A DNA stretch of 64,000 bases from Deltaproteobacteria bacterium (GCA_052390235.1 JBQTHB010000003.1:32001-96000); one strand, 5' to 3'. Positions 50,585 to 60,372 are shown, counted from the stretch's first letter. Numbers and translations: made by a program. Notes: generated by a model from the letters alone, not told the origin.

Positions 50585-50614
50585 TTGACACAATTAGCCT
50601 CGGTGATTTACTAT
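50585..50614 (+). promoter_or_regulatory. Putative sigma70 promoter
   Basis: TTGACA-18 bp-TACTAT upstream of ATG 50666. Confidence 0.5.
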
Positions 50615-50665
50615 CATTGCTCAGTTATTCATTTTATAAATAGACTAAACAAGGGGGGATGTAAA

Positions 50666-52504
50666 ATGAATTCTTTTCTAGGGTTTATCGTTTCTATGGC
50701 TATCTTTTTATCAATTCTTAGCTTCAGTTCGACTCAGCAGGCTTTCGGCGGCATTATCATTCCGCCGATGCCCACTCCCGTGCCGCTGGAGGATATTTTA
50801 GTCATTGACAGCGAAGCCGGAACCGGGAGCGCGGGACAGCTATTTGCAGTTGACCCGATAACCGGAGCGAGAGTGATTATCAGCGACTTCGGCAACGGAG
50901 CGCCATTGGGAATTACGCCGTTCGGGATTGCCGTTGAAAGTGATGGGAGCATTCTCGTAGTTGACAGCGCCGCCGGAACAAACGAAAGAGGGGCGCTTTT
51001 TAGGGTTGACCCGAACACGGGAGCGAGGACGGTTCTCACCGACTTTGGCGCCGCGAGAACTTTTGGAGTGAACCCGTTTGGGGTAGCGGTGGAGAGCGAC
51101 GGAAATATTCTCGTAATTGACAGCGGAGTCGCGGGTATCGGCGGCGCGACGGGCAGAGGGCTTCTCTTTAGAATTAACCCTGTAACCGGAACAAAAACCG
51201 TCCTCAGCGATTTCGGGGTCGGAGATTTCCTCGGTATAGATCCAAGAGGGGTCGCCGTTGAAGCCGACGGGAACATATTGGTAACGGATGTGTCAGCCGG
51301 AACCGACGGCAACGGAGCGCTATTTAGAGTTGACCCCGTAAGCGGAGCGAGAATGCTGGTTACGGATTTCGGCGACGGCGCTCCTTTGGGGGAAAACCCG
51401 TACGGTATAGCGGTTGAAGACGACGGCAATATTCTCATTATTGATAACGAGGGAGGCAACCCGGCTACGGCCAATAGGGGAGTGCTTTTTAGAGTTGACC
51501 CGATCACCGGAGCTAGAGCGGTTGTTACCGACTTCAGCGCCGGCGACCCCCAAGGCATAGAGCCGTTCGGGGTAGCGATTGAAACGGACGGGAATATTCT
51601 CGTTATTGACAGCGGAATTGCCGGAACGGTAGGCAGAGGGCTTCTGTTCAGGATTGACCCGATTTCGGGAGTAAGAATTATTGTAAGCAACTTCGGCGAC
51701 GGGAGCCCGCTTGGAGTAGACCCAGTGGGAATAGTAGCCAGACGCGCGGGCAATGAAATCTGCACCGACTTTTTCGATAACGACGGCGACGAAGCCGTTG
51801 ACTGCGAAGATGACGACTGTAGCGGGGCGATATGTATGTTGAGCGAAGAAGGCGGATTAGGAACCTGCTCGGATAATGTGTGCGTGCCGAACGCTACACC
51901 TACACCTACACCTACACCTACACCTACACCTACACCTACTCCTACACCTACACCTACTCCTACACCTACACCTACTCCTACTCCTACTCCTACTCCTACT
52001 CCAAACGATAGGGACAACGACGGAATTCCAGACGCAGATGACAACTGCCCTGACGACGCCAATCCTGACCAAGCCAATAATGACGGCGACTCGCTTGGCG
52101 ATGTGTGCGACCCAGATGATGACAACGACGGCGTGCCGGATGCAAACGATAACTGCCCAATAAACGCAAATCCCGACCAAGCCGACAGCGACGAGGACGG
52201 TATCGGTAACGCCTGTGATGACACCGTGAACTGCAACGGGCTTGTAGCCACAATAGTAGGCACTGACGGAGACGACGTTATCTCCGGAACGCTTCAAGCG
52301 GACGTTATTCAGGGATTAGGTGGAAACGATATAATCAGCGGTTTGGCAGGGAACGATGTTCTGTGCGGGGGCCCCGGGAGAGATAATCTATCGGGAGCGA
52401 GCGGGAACGATTTCTTTGACGGCGGAAGCGGGATAGACACCTGCGAAGGCGGAATTGGAACGGACACCGCAGTCAACTGCGAGACCACTCTGACAATACC
52501 TTAA
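50666..52504 (+). CDS. Secreted multi-domain protein: beta-propeller repeats, (TP)18 linker, thrombospondin type-3 repeats, RTX-like Ca-binding repeats
   Basis: Repeats P.G.AVE.DGNILV.D...G.LFRVDP.TG.R. DNDGIPDADDNCP..ANPDQ TSP3 repeats. GxGGND nonapeptides. Confidence 0.85.
   Translation: MNSFLGFIVSMAIFLSILSFSSTQQAFGGIIIPPMPTPVPLEDILVIDSEAGTGSAGQLFAVDPITGARVIISDFGNGAPLGITPFGIAVESDGSILVVDSAAGTNERGALFRVDPNTGARTVLTDFGAARTFGVNPFGVAVESDGNILVIDSGVAGIGGATGRGLLFRINPVTGTKTVLSDFGVGDFLGIDPRGVAVEADGNILVTDVSAGTDGNGALFRVDPVSGARMLVTDFGDGAPLGENPYGIAVEDDGNILIIDNEGGNPATANRGVLFRVDPITGARAVVTDFSAGDPQGIEPFGVAIETDGNILVIDSGIAGTVGRGLLFRIDPISGVRIIVSNFGDGSPLGVDPVGIVARRAGNEICTDFFDNDGDEAVDCEDDDCSGAICMLSEEGGLGTCSDNVCVPNATPTPTPTPTPTPTPTPTPTPTPTPTPTPTPTPTPTPNDRDNDGIPDADDNCPDDANPDQANNDGDSLGDVCDPDDDNDGVPDANDNCPINANPDQADSDEDGIGNACDDTVNCNGLVATIVGTDGDDVISGTLQADVIQGLGGNDIISGLAGNDVLCGGPGRDNLSGASGNDFFDGGSGIDTCEGGIGTDTAVNCETTLTIP
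51896..52003 (+). repeat. Hexanucleotide tandem repeat (ACACCT/ACTCCT)x18 encoding a Thr-Pro linker
   Basis: 108-bp microsatellite, directly visible. Confidence 0.95.
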
Positions 52505-52515
52505 AGTAGTCGAAT

Positions 52516-52565
52516 AAAAATGCCGGGGGCGTATCCTTGCGAGGATACGCTCTCGGTGATATTTT
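52516..52565. terminator. Stem-loop after the adhesin-like gene, probable terminator
   Basis: Perfect GCGTATCCT-tgcg-AGGATACGC core, extended by CCGGGGG/CTCTCGG and flanking A/T runs. Confidence 0.6.
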
Positions 52566-52756
52566 AAACGCCCCGCAATAATCCCCATCCGCATCTTTGG
52601 GCAACCCATCAATTAGGGCGCAGGCTGAGTGCGCTGGCGTCCATCTGCCACTGTTTCCCCCGATAGACCATAGACAAGGCTTTTATCTGCGCGCTTTATA
52701 GTCTATAATAAAGCCGGCGCGCGCATACCTAATTTACTCCCGCCCCGCGAGGCTTT

Positions 52757-54244
52757 ATGGAAAATCTGATTCTAGTCAACGTTACATTCAATGAAACCAG
52801 AGTCGCCGTTACAGAAAATGGGACGATTACTGAGTTTTATCTGGAGCGAAAATCCCAGCCTCGCATAGTGGGAAACATCTACAAGGGCAAGGTAACAAAA
52901 ATCGTCCCCGGAATGCAGGCGGCGTTCGTTGACCTTGGGCTTGAGAGGTCGGGCTTTATTTCTGTTGAAGATGTCTATGAAGACTCATTTCTCGATATTT
53001 TTCTCGACGACGAAGAGCTACAAACCCAGAAAAAACGCTATAAATACCCAATCCAAGACGTTCTACGCGATGGGCAGGAAATCCTCGTTCAGGTGCTTAA
53101 GGAATCCACCGGCGGCAAGGGGGCGAAACTGTCTTCCTACGTCGCGCTTCCGGGGAAATATCTCGTCCTATTCGGAACGGTGGAACTAGTAGGGGTATCA
53201 AGGCGAATCGAAGATAAGGAAACTCGAAAGAGGCTCAGCGAAATCATAAGAAAATCTAAGCCCAAGGGCATCGGGTTCGTCGCCAGAACCGCAAGCATGG
53301 GCAGAGACGAAGACGAGATTAGGCAGGACATGGAGTATCTCATAAATCTATGGGATGAAATCAACAAAAATTCCGAAGAGCTTAAAGCCCCAGCCCTGCT
53401 CTACGAAGAGCCAAGCCTATACATCAGAGCCGTGCGCGATATGATTACCCCCGATGTAAAGAGCATCATCGTGGATTCCAAAGAGGCAGAGCGGGAGATT
53501 GCCTCGCACATGAAGTCCCGATTCCCAAGTTTTAACGTTAACATCGAAATGTACGCCGGAAAGTCCCCCATATTTACGGAGTTCGGCGTTGAGGAGCAGT
53601 TAAAAAAATTCTTTGAGAAAAAAGTATGGCTTAAATCCGGCGGCTATCTCATCATAGAAGAAGCAGAGGCACTGACCGTAGTGGACATCAACACGGGCAG
53701 ATATCTAAGCGGCAACGACCACGAAGAGACCATTTTCAACATCAACATGGAAGCCGCCCAAGAGGTAGCGCGCCAGATACGAATGAGAAATCTCGTCGGG
53801 ATTATCGTAATTGACTTTATAGACCTCAAAAGCCGCCAGAAGAGAGACGAGGTGTTCCGGAGTTTTGTCGAGGCAATGAAAAAGGACAAAGCGCGCTCCG
53901 TCGTACTCGATATGACCTCTTTTGGCGTGGTTCAAATGACGCGCCAGCGAACCAGAGAGAGCATCCTAAAGAGCCTGTCCGAGCCGTGCGAGGTGTGCGG
54001 CGGCATGGGCTATGTAAAATCAAAGGACACGATAACTTATGAAATTATTCGAGGAATCAGAAATCACGCGGCAAACCCGATTGTGAAAAAAATTCATGTG
54101 CAGGCGAGCCATCCCGTTATAAAGACGATAAAAGAGGTCGAGGGAGAAAATTTAAGAAAACTCGCCGACGAGAGCGCTGTAGCGGTGCTGTTCGAGGGTA
54201 AAGAGTCTCGCGCGGACAGTTTTCAGATAACGACAAACAAATAA
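52757..54244 (+). CDS. rng: Ribonuclease G (Rne/Rng family)
   Basis: VGNIYKGKV..IVPGMQAAFVD, LKSGGYL, DINTG, GIIVIDFID, MTRQR, CEVCGG.G. Confidence 0.93.
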   Translation: MENLILVNVTFNETRVAVTENGTITEFYLERKSQPRIVGNIYKGKVTKIVPGMQAAFVDLGLERSGFISVEDVYEDSFLDIFLDDEELQTQKKRYKYPIQDVLRDGQEILVQVLKESTGGKGAKLSSYVALPGKYLVLFGTVELVGVSRRIEDKETRKRLSEIIRKSKPKGIGFVARTASMGRDEDEIRQDMEYLINLWDEINKNSEELKAPALLYEEPSLYIRAVRDMITPDVKSIIVDSKEAEREIASHMKSRFPSFNVNIEMYAGKSPIFTEFGVEEQLKKFFEKKVWLKSGGYLIIEEAEALTVVDINTGRYLSGNDHEETIFNINMEAAQEVARQIRMRNLVGIIVIDFIDLKSRQKRDEVFRSFVEAMKKDKARSVVLDMTSFGVVQMTRQRTRESILKSLSEPCEVCGGMGYVKSKDTITYEIIRGIRNHAANPIVKKIHVQASHPVIKTIKEVEGENLRKLADESAVAVLFEGKESRADSFQITTNK

Positions 54245-54258
54245 CAGAGGTGTCAAGA

Positions 54259-54999
54259 ATGAAAAGCCTTTTAGTTTGTTTCGCCCTTTCAATTTTTATT
54301 ATTCCCTCCCTCGGAGCGTGCAGACGCGCCGAAGAGCCGCCCGCTGAAACCGAATCCGCGCAAATTGACGCAGAGTCCGGCGACGCATCCGAAGATGGAT
54401 ACGATGAGGAGAGCGGAGAAGACGCACCCTCAGGTGATGACAATAACCTTCCAAAACTCATCTCGATTTCCATTGCAACGGTCGTAAACGGAGATATAAG
54501 AAGCGGATTTCGCGCCATTCCTACGGCATCAGACGCCGACGGAGACGAAATTAGCTTCCGTTATCAGTGGAGTAGAAACGACAGACCCGTCGTGGGGGCT
54601 AGGGATTCAATCCTGCCCTGGGGGGAGGATTTCAAAAGAGGGGATAAAATTTCCGTCGAGGTAACGGTGTCTGACACGCAAAACCTAGGGGCTGGGCGGG
54701 GAGAGGGGGAATTTAAAATCCCGAACTCGCCTCCGAGAATAGTCTCCGAGCCTAAGCCCAGAATCGAGGATGGCAAATTCGACTACACAATCAAAGCCGA
54801 AGACGCAGATGGAGATGCCGTTGAATATTCCATACGAAACGCGCCCAAGGGGATGACCATAGAGCCAGCGACGGGGCGGATAAAATGGGATTTCAGCGAG
54901 GGAGATGTAGGGGAATACAGCGTCGAGGTCGTGGCTACGGACACTGAAGGGGCGAGGGGAAGACAGGTTCTGAGCCTCTCGATACCGGAAAATCCGTAG
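54259..54999 (+). CDS. Lipoprotein with two Ig/cadherin-like domains
   Basis: Lipobox SLGAC, acidic linker, DADGD motifs, NSPP.I.S, APKGMTI...TG.I.W. Confidence 0.75.
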   Translation: MKSLLVCFALSIFIIPSLGACRRAEEPPAETESAQIDAESGDASEDGYDEESGEDAPSGDDNNLPKLISISIATVVNGDIRSGFRAIPTASDADGDEISFRYQWSRNDRPVVGARDSILPWGEDFKRGDKISVEVTVSDTQNLGAGRGEGEFKIPNSPPRIVSEPKPRIEDGKFDYTIKAEDADGDAVEYSIRNAPKGMTIEPATGRIKWDFSEGDVGEYSVEVVATDTEGARGRQVLSLSIPENP

Positions 55000-55200
55000 C
55001 GCCGAAATAATTGCAGATAGTAACTGTGCGGCGGCGAGACATCTGACTAAGGGGTTGCGATAGCGAGCCGTATACTTTCTGTCGCTCCGAGCCATGAGCC
55101 TGCCGAGAACCCCCCGCAACCTATTTTCTCATTCATCCCACGCATCCGGCATCGAGAACGTTTAGTTTCCCCCTCCCTTCAGTTATACTCATCCGAGAAG

Positions 55201-56328
55201 ATGGTATCTGTAGCAAGACGCAACTTATTCAACGATAAAACTAGGCTCGCCATTACTGTCGTCGGTGTGGTATTCGCCGTGGTGCTAATGACGGCTCAAA
55301 TCGGCGTATATATAGGCTTTGCCGGTAGCGCGTCGCAAATCATTGATAAAACTGACGCCGACATCTGGATAACCTCGCAGAAAACAACCAACTTCGACTC
55401 CGCAAAACCCATCTCAGAGAATAAGATGAATCCCGTTAGGGAGCTAAAAGAGGTGCTTTGGGTTGAGAGACTCGCCCAGACCTGGGGATATATCAAACTC
55501 GAAAGCGGCTCCACAGAAACCATACAAATCATCGGCTTCAACGCCGAAACCGGCATCGGCGGGCCATGGAAGATGAGAGAGGGCAACCCCAAAGACGTGC
55601 AGGTCGGCACATCGGTCATAATTGACGAATCCTCCCTCAAGAGGCTCACGGGGCTTTCCCTTGGAGACAGTATCGAGGTATTCGACACTCAGACCAAAAT
55701 CGTGGGCATAAGCGAGGGTGTCCGCTCCTTTACGACTTACCCGATAATATTCACAACGCACAAAACCGCCAGAGGATTCTCCAGAATCATCGGGCAGGAC
55801 GAGACCACGTTCATTCTCGTGAAACTCGTCCCCGGCGCGGATCCCGAGGTTGCGGCGGGGAAGCTCAGGGAGAAAATCACCGGTGTTGATGTCTATACCA
55901 AAGCCGAATTCAGCAATAAAACGAGAATGTACTGGACTTTTAGAACGGGAATGGGCGTTGGCATCGGCATCACCGTGCTTCTGGGATTCATCGTGGGAAC
56001 GATAATAGTTGGGCAGACCATATACACTTCCACATCGGAACACCTAAGGGAGTTCGGCACGCTCAAAGCCATAGGGGCTAAGAACTCGGACATATATAAA
56101 ATAATTTTCCAGCAGGCGCTAATGAACGCCGTCATAGGGTACGGCTTCGGGTTCATACTCACGCTTCTGACCAGAGACCTATACGAGCGCTTCAGGGTGA
56201 ACATGATACTCACGCCGAAACTGCTCGTGGCGATGTTTTTCATCACCGTGGCGATGTGCCTCATCTCCTCGTTTATTTCAATTAGGAAGGCGGCGAAAGT
56301 TGACCCGGTAATTGTTTTTAAATCCTAG
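55201..56328 (+). CDS. ABC transporter permease (FtsX/MacB, DevC-like)
   Basis: ARRNL, ADIWI, EHLREFGTLKAIGA, KVDP..VF. Confidence 0.9.
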   Translation: MVSVARRNLFNDKTRLAITVVGVVFAVVLMTAQIGVYIGFAGSASQIIDKTDADIWITSQKTTNFDSAKPISENKMNPVRELKEVLWVERLAQTWGYIKLESGSTETIQIIGFNAETGIGGPWKMREGNPKDVQVGTSVIIDESSLKRLTGLSLGDSIEVFDTQTKIVGISEGVRSFTTYPIIFTTHKTARGFSRIIGQDETTFILVKLVPGADPEVAAGKLREKITGVDVYTKAEFSNKTRMYWTFRTGMGVGIGITVLLGFIVGTIIVGQTIYTSTSEHLREFGTLKAIGAKNSDIYKIIFQQALMNAVIGYGFGFILTLLTRDLYERFRVNMILTPKLLVAMFFITVAMCLISSFISIRKAAKVDPVIVFKS

Positions 56329-56338
56329 CAAAGTGATA

Positions 56339-57031
56339 ATGAAGCAAATCGAAGTTTCCGACGTAGATAAGATATACGAAGAGGGCAGGGTCAGGGTTCA
56401 CGCCGTAAAAGGGGTCAATATGCTGGTAAACGCCGGCGAACTTGCCCTTCTTATGGGCCCCTCGGGCAGCGGCAAAACCACGCTCCTGTCGATGATGGGC
56501 TGTATTCTCAAGCCTACAAAGGGGACGATTAAAATCATGGGCGAAGAAATCCGCGCTTGGGACGAAGAGACCCTGCCGCTCATCAGAAGAAAGCACATCG
56601 GGTTTATATTTCAGCACTTCAACCTCCTAGGCACCCTCACCGCCTCGGAAAACGTAGAGGTGGCGCTCAATTTAAAGGGGATAAAGGGGCGGAGGGCAAA
56701 GGAAATATCCATAACCCTGCTTGAGCAGGTCGGCCTCAAGGATAGGATTCATTTCCTTCCCCGCGACCTCAGCGGAGGCGAGAAACAGCGCGTCGCCATT
56801 GCAAGGGCGCTTTCCGGGAATCCGCCCATACTTCTCGCCGACGAGCCTACGGGCAACCTCGATTCCAAGACCGGAAGGGCGGCTCTGGAGCTGATAAAAA
56901 AGCTCACGGTCGAGGGCAATAAATCCGTCGTCATCGTTACGCACGACAACCGCATCATAGACTTAGCCGATAAAATTTACGAGATGGAAGACGGCTCCAT
57001 CAAAAATAACGGACATCCGAGTTCAGAGTAG
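56339..57031 (+). CDS. ABC transporter ATP-binding protein (LolD/DevA-like)
   Basis: GPSGSGKTT, LSGGEKQRVAIARAL, LADEPTGNLD, VTHD. Confidence 0.93.
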   Translation: MKQIEVSDVDKIYEEGRVRVHAVKGVNMLVNAGELALLMGPSGSGKTTLLSMMGCILKPTKGTIKIMGEEIRAWDEETLPLIRRKHIGFIFQHFNLLGTLTASENVEVALNLKGIKGRRAKEISITLLEQVGLKDRIHFLPRDLSGGEKQRVAIARALSGNPPILLADEPTGNLDSKTGRAALELIKKLTVEGNKSVVIVTHDNRIIDLADKIYEMEDGSIKNNGHPSSE

Positions 57032-57048
57032 AAAGCGAGACAGAGCAA

Positions 57049-58155
57049 ATGACCATATATATCAAATATTTATCAGCCCCGATAGCAATACTCATCTTAG
57101 CGTTCGTCCTTTTCGGCGGGGAAAAAACCCAGAGCGAGCGCGCCGAGGCGAAAATCGGAGATATATACCTCATCGTAGCGGCAAGGGGAGGCGTTGAAGC
57201 CGCCCAAGAAGCCGACCTAGCCCCCAAAAGCCTGGGGAGAATTAAAGAAATCAGGGTTAACGAGGGGGACTCGGTTCAGAAGGATGAAATCATTGCCACT
57301 CTCGAAAACGATGAAATCAAGGCGAGTGTCGAGCAGGCGCGCGCTAGCTTGCTGAGGACGGACATAGAAATCAAAGAAGCGGCGCAGAGCCTCGCCCGCA
57401 TCAGAGCCGTCTTTGAGAAAGGCGTAATATCGAAATCCGAACTGGATTCATCCCAGCTCAAATACGATGTCGCCTCGGCGGTGAAGAGAAAAGCCGAAGC
57501 CGACCTCCAGCAGGCAAGAGCCGTTCTGGAAAGCACATACGTAAGAGCGCCGTTTGCAGGCACCATCACAAGGAAATTCCTCGACCCCGGCGAAACCATC
57601 ACTCTCGAAAAGCTACGCCCCATCGTAACCCTTTCGGACATGAGCCAGATAATTATTCGAGCCGAGATTGACGAGACTAAAATCAGCAAAATACGCTTGG
57701 GGCAGTCCTGCGCCGTTACATCGAAAGTCTATCCCGGCGAGGAATTTGCGGGGAGAGTCGTAGAGATTAGCCCAGCCGTGGGAAAGAAAACCCTGATTTC
57801 GGATAATCCCGCGGAAATGATTGACAGGGACGTGCTGGAGACGAAAATCGAGCTTGGCGCAGAGGGGCGGAAACTCAATTTGGGGCTTGAGGTGGACGTG
57901 AAAATCATAGTGAACGACAGAAGAGACGTTCTCATCGTTCCAAGAAAGTTCGTCGCCGCGGCTGGGGGTAAATCCACTGTCAGGGTGAAAGTAAACGGGA
58001 GCTATGAAGAGCGGGAAATTGGGCTTGGGCTATCCGACGAAGAGAACGTCGAGGTTCTGAGCGGGCTAAAGGAGGGGGATATTCTCGCTCAGCCGGACGA
58101 ATCCCTCGCTCCGAAGTCGCTGTCCTCGTCTATACTCGGCTTTTTCTCCCGATAA
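57049..58155 (+). CDS. Efflux membrane fusion protein (MacA/DevB-like)
   Basis: G.I..I.V.EGD.V, coiled hairpin, RAPFAGTI, VEVLSGL.EGD. Confidence 0.88.
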   Translation: MTIYIKYLSAPIAILILAFVLFGGEKTQSERAEAKIGDIYLIVAARGGVEAAQEADLAPKSLGRIKEIRVNEGDSVQKDEIIATLENDEIKASVEQARASLLRTDIEIKEAAQSLARIRAVFEKGVISKSELDSSQLKYDVASAVKRKAEADLQQARAVLESTYVRAPFAGTITRKFLDPGETITLEKLRPIVTLSDMSQIIIRAEIDETKISKIRLGQSCAVTSKVYPGEEFAGRVVEISPAVGKKTLISDNPAEMIDRDVLETKIELGAEGRKLNLGLEVDVKIIVNDRRDVLIVPRKFVAAAGGKSTVRVKVNGSYEEREIGLGLSDEENVEVLSGLKEGDILAQPDESLAPKSLSSSILGFFSR

Positions 58156-58795
58156 CCTGCCTCCGCGCAGAGCCGCATATTATTGATTTTTCGGCTCCCG
58201 AAGAACCCGCCGGAGCAACTAGCTGAAGCGCGAGAGCCTCTGCCGAGGCAAAAATGAGACAGCCCATAGCCAAGTAAAAAAGCCCCTCGCTGTAGCCGAC
58301 CGCGAATGTCCAGAACACGAAGATATAGCCCAAAACCGTGGCGAGCTTAACTGAATAAAACGGGCGGTTGCCGAACCTTCCGAACCTCAGCCACCCGAAT
58401 ACGAGAGACAATACATTGACCGACGCCCAAATCCACACCAAGACCGGGTGATTGCCGTAAACCTCAGGCTCGAGCATCACAACCCAAGCCACAACCGACG
58501 CCAGCAGAATATTATCCGCCAGAGAATCGAGCATTCTGCCAAAGCCGCTGACCTTATCGAGCCGGCGGGCAAAATACCCGTCCAGCAAATCCGTCAGCGC
58601 CGCAATTATCAGCCCGAAACCAATGTAGCGCGGCATATCGAAAACCGCAAGAACCCACAGCGCGGGAACCAGGAGGAGTCTCGCGGATGTGATCTGATTG
58701 GGAAATTCCCCAAAACGGTTAAGGGTTGATGAGCCTCGGCGTTGTCTCTGAGGCGGGGCGCAGACCGAATGGTGGGAATCTTGGTTTATGGACAT
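58130..58795 (-). CDS. CDP-alcohol phosphatidyltransferase (PgsA-like)
   Basis: PNQITSAR, TDLLDGYFARRL..VS.FG..LDSLAD. Start codon uncertain. Confidence 0.82.
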   Translation of the reverse strand: MSINQDSHHSVCAPPQRQRRGSSTLNRFGEFPNQITSARLLLVPALWVLAVFDMPRYIGFGLIIAALTDLLDGYFARRLDKVSGFGRMLDSLADNILLASVVAWVVMLEPEVYGNHPVLVWIWASVNVLSLVFGWLRFGRFGNRPFYSVKLATVLGYIFVFWTFAVGYSEGLFYLAMGCLIFASAEALALQLVAPAGSSGAEKSIICGSARRQVIGRKSRV

Positions 58796-58932
58796 TTTGC
58801 CCCGAAAGCCGTCTATAAAATGATACCGATATTAATCGAATTCCTGATTTTTTGCAATCGCCTATTGAGGCGGGAATTAAAATCTCTCTCCATCGTGGTA
58901 TATTCTCTGGAAATAATTGAGGGAGCGGGCAA

Positions 58933-59505
58933 ATTCTAGCAGATGTTTTTTTAGTATTATCGGTTATATCTGGGATTATCCCGACGGCGTGGTGCCTGCG
59001 GCGGAGGTTATATGTGGAGGGTGTGGGGCTTGCCCTCGCCTACTCGGCGTCGCTCGCGTTTCATCTCTCGCAGGTATTGGGTCGGGGGATATGGCTTCCC
59101 ACTGAGAGGTGGCGGTATGTGGATAATTTCTTCGCCCTCGCAGTTGCCTCGATTCTAGTTTTTCACCTGCTTCCGGTGAGGAGCGAGATTTGGAAGCGGG
59201 GGCTTCAGGTATCGTCGCTTGCGCTAATTTTTTTATTCGCGGCGCATCTCATAAAATTTTGGATGAGGGCGTCGGTGGGACTCATCCTGACTCTGGCAGT
59301 GGCGGCAACACTCGCCCGCGAGAAGAGCCTAGATTCGCTATACGACAGGCGCAGGGCTTTGGCAGGAGGCGTTATTCTAATTCTCGCAATCCTGATAAGC
59401 GCAGGGCCAAGGCTCTTCGGCGCTGAGAGCTACGCTCTTTTTCACGGGAGTTGGCACGTTATGTCAACAGGGGCTATTTATATTCTGTTGAGGGCAAAGA
59501 GGTAG
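58933..59505 (+). CDS. CREST-superfamily membrane protein, TMEM8/myomaker (DUF3522)-like; start uncertain
   Basis: The frame is open from 58921: LS......P....RRRLYVE, SLAFH (SxxxH), WRYVDN, Y..FHGSWH (HxxxH). Multiple TM helices. Confidence 0.65.
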   Translation: MLADVFLVLSVISGIIPTAWCLRRRLYVEGVGLALAYSASLAFHLSQVLGRGIWLPTERWRYVDNFFALAVASILVFHLLPVRSEIWKRGLQVSSLALIFLFAAHLIKFWMRASVGLILTLAVAATLAREKSLDSLYDRRRALAGGVILILAILISAGPRLFGAESYALFHGSWHVMSTGAIYILLRAKR

Positions 59506-59647
59506 CGGTATGGAGATTTGCGGGTTTCTTCCCTCGCGCGAGACCCTAATTTAGACAAAATTTGATATAGCTGTATATTTATCGCCTGCGTGAAATTTTA
59601 TTATGCCGCACTGAGAATCCCTAGACCAATTTGGAGCCAAGGAACTA

Positions 59648-60073
59648 ATGAACAGCGTTAAGACCGAAAACCTCTATCACATAGCCGTTGCCGTCAGAGA
59701 CATCGCCCAGGTGGAATCCCTCTACACAAAAGCCCTCGGACTTAGAGTTGCGCACAGGGAAACGATTGAGAGCCAGGGGGTTCAATCCTCGATGCTCGTG
59801 CCAATGGGCGGGGGGTGCGCCATAGAGCTCGTCGAGCCAATAGGCGATAACTCTCCAATTTCCAAATTCCTCGCCAAGAGGGGAGAGGGAATTCACCATA
59901 TCTGCTTCATTGTAGAAGACATCGAGTACGCCCTCGAAGAGCTTAGACACCAGGGAGTTCAGTTGATTGACGAGTCCCCCAGAATAGGGGCTTACGGGGC
60001 GAAAGTGGCGTTTATCCACCCGAAAGCGCTAAACGGCGTGTTAATCGAGCTTGCCGAGATGCCAAAGAAATAG
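59648..60073 (+). CDS. mce: Methylmalonyl-CoA epimerase
   Basis: HIAVAV, IELVEP....SPISKFL.KRGEGIHHIC, AFIHPK..NGVLIEL. Confidence 0.9.
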   Translation: MNSVKTENLYHIAVAVRDIAQVESLYTKALGLRVAHRETIESQGVQSSMLVPMGGGCAIELVEPIGDNSPISKFLAKRGEGIHHICFIVEDIEYALEELRHQGVQLIDESPRIGAYGAKVAFIHPKALNGVLIELAEMPKK

Positions 60074-60126
60074 GCACAGGCACAGACCCCCGCGCGCGCC
60101 AGCGGTGATGTTGAAGGGTAGAGAGG

Positions 60127-60372
60127 CTATTTCGCCTCTTTTTGAGAGGATTTATTAGCGGAAGAGGACTCAAGCGTAGAGCCTTCGACGCTTTTGGCAT
60201 CGTCCTTCGAGGGGGTAATGTCAACCTCGTCCGGCTCTTTCATGGATTTCTTAAAGCCCTTTATCCCCTTTCCAAGCGCCGAGCCTAAGTCCCCCAGCCT
60301 GCTTGGCCCAAAGATGAGAAGTAAAATTACGAGAACTATAATAAGCTCTCCCCAGCCGATTCCACCTATCAT
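60127..60372 (-). CDS. tatA: Twin-arginine translocase TatA/TatE subunit
   Basis: [33 protein letters not shown]. Confidence 0.93.
   Translation of the reverse strand: MIGGIGWGELIIVLVILLLIFGPSRLGDLGSALGKGIKGFKKSMKEPDEVDITPSKDDAKSVEGSTLESSSANKSSQKEAK

Noticed and set aside
51896..52003. Repeat array considered as CRISPR
   Set aside because: It is a spacer-less 6-bp coding microsatellite, and no cas genes are present.
50734..52263. 509-aa minus-strand ORF with a (GV)n run
   Set aside because: Antisense shadow of the repetitive adhesin gene. The plus-strand ORF carries the recognisable domains.
52560..52680. CCCCGC and GCCACTG words reminiscent of a cobalamin riboswitch
   Set aside because: The B12-box and the other conserved elements are missing, and the downstream gene (rng) is not a plausible target.
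55000..55200. GGTTGCG...CGCAACC stem upstream of the ABC exporter, possible ncRNA or tRNA
   Set aside because: No cloverleaf, T-loop or known riboswitch motif. A single 7-bp stem is expected by chance.
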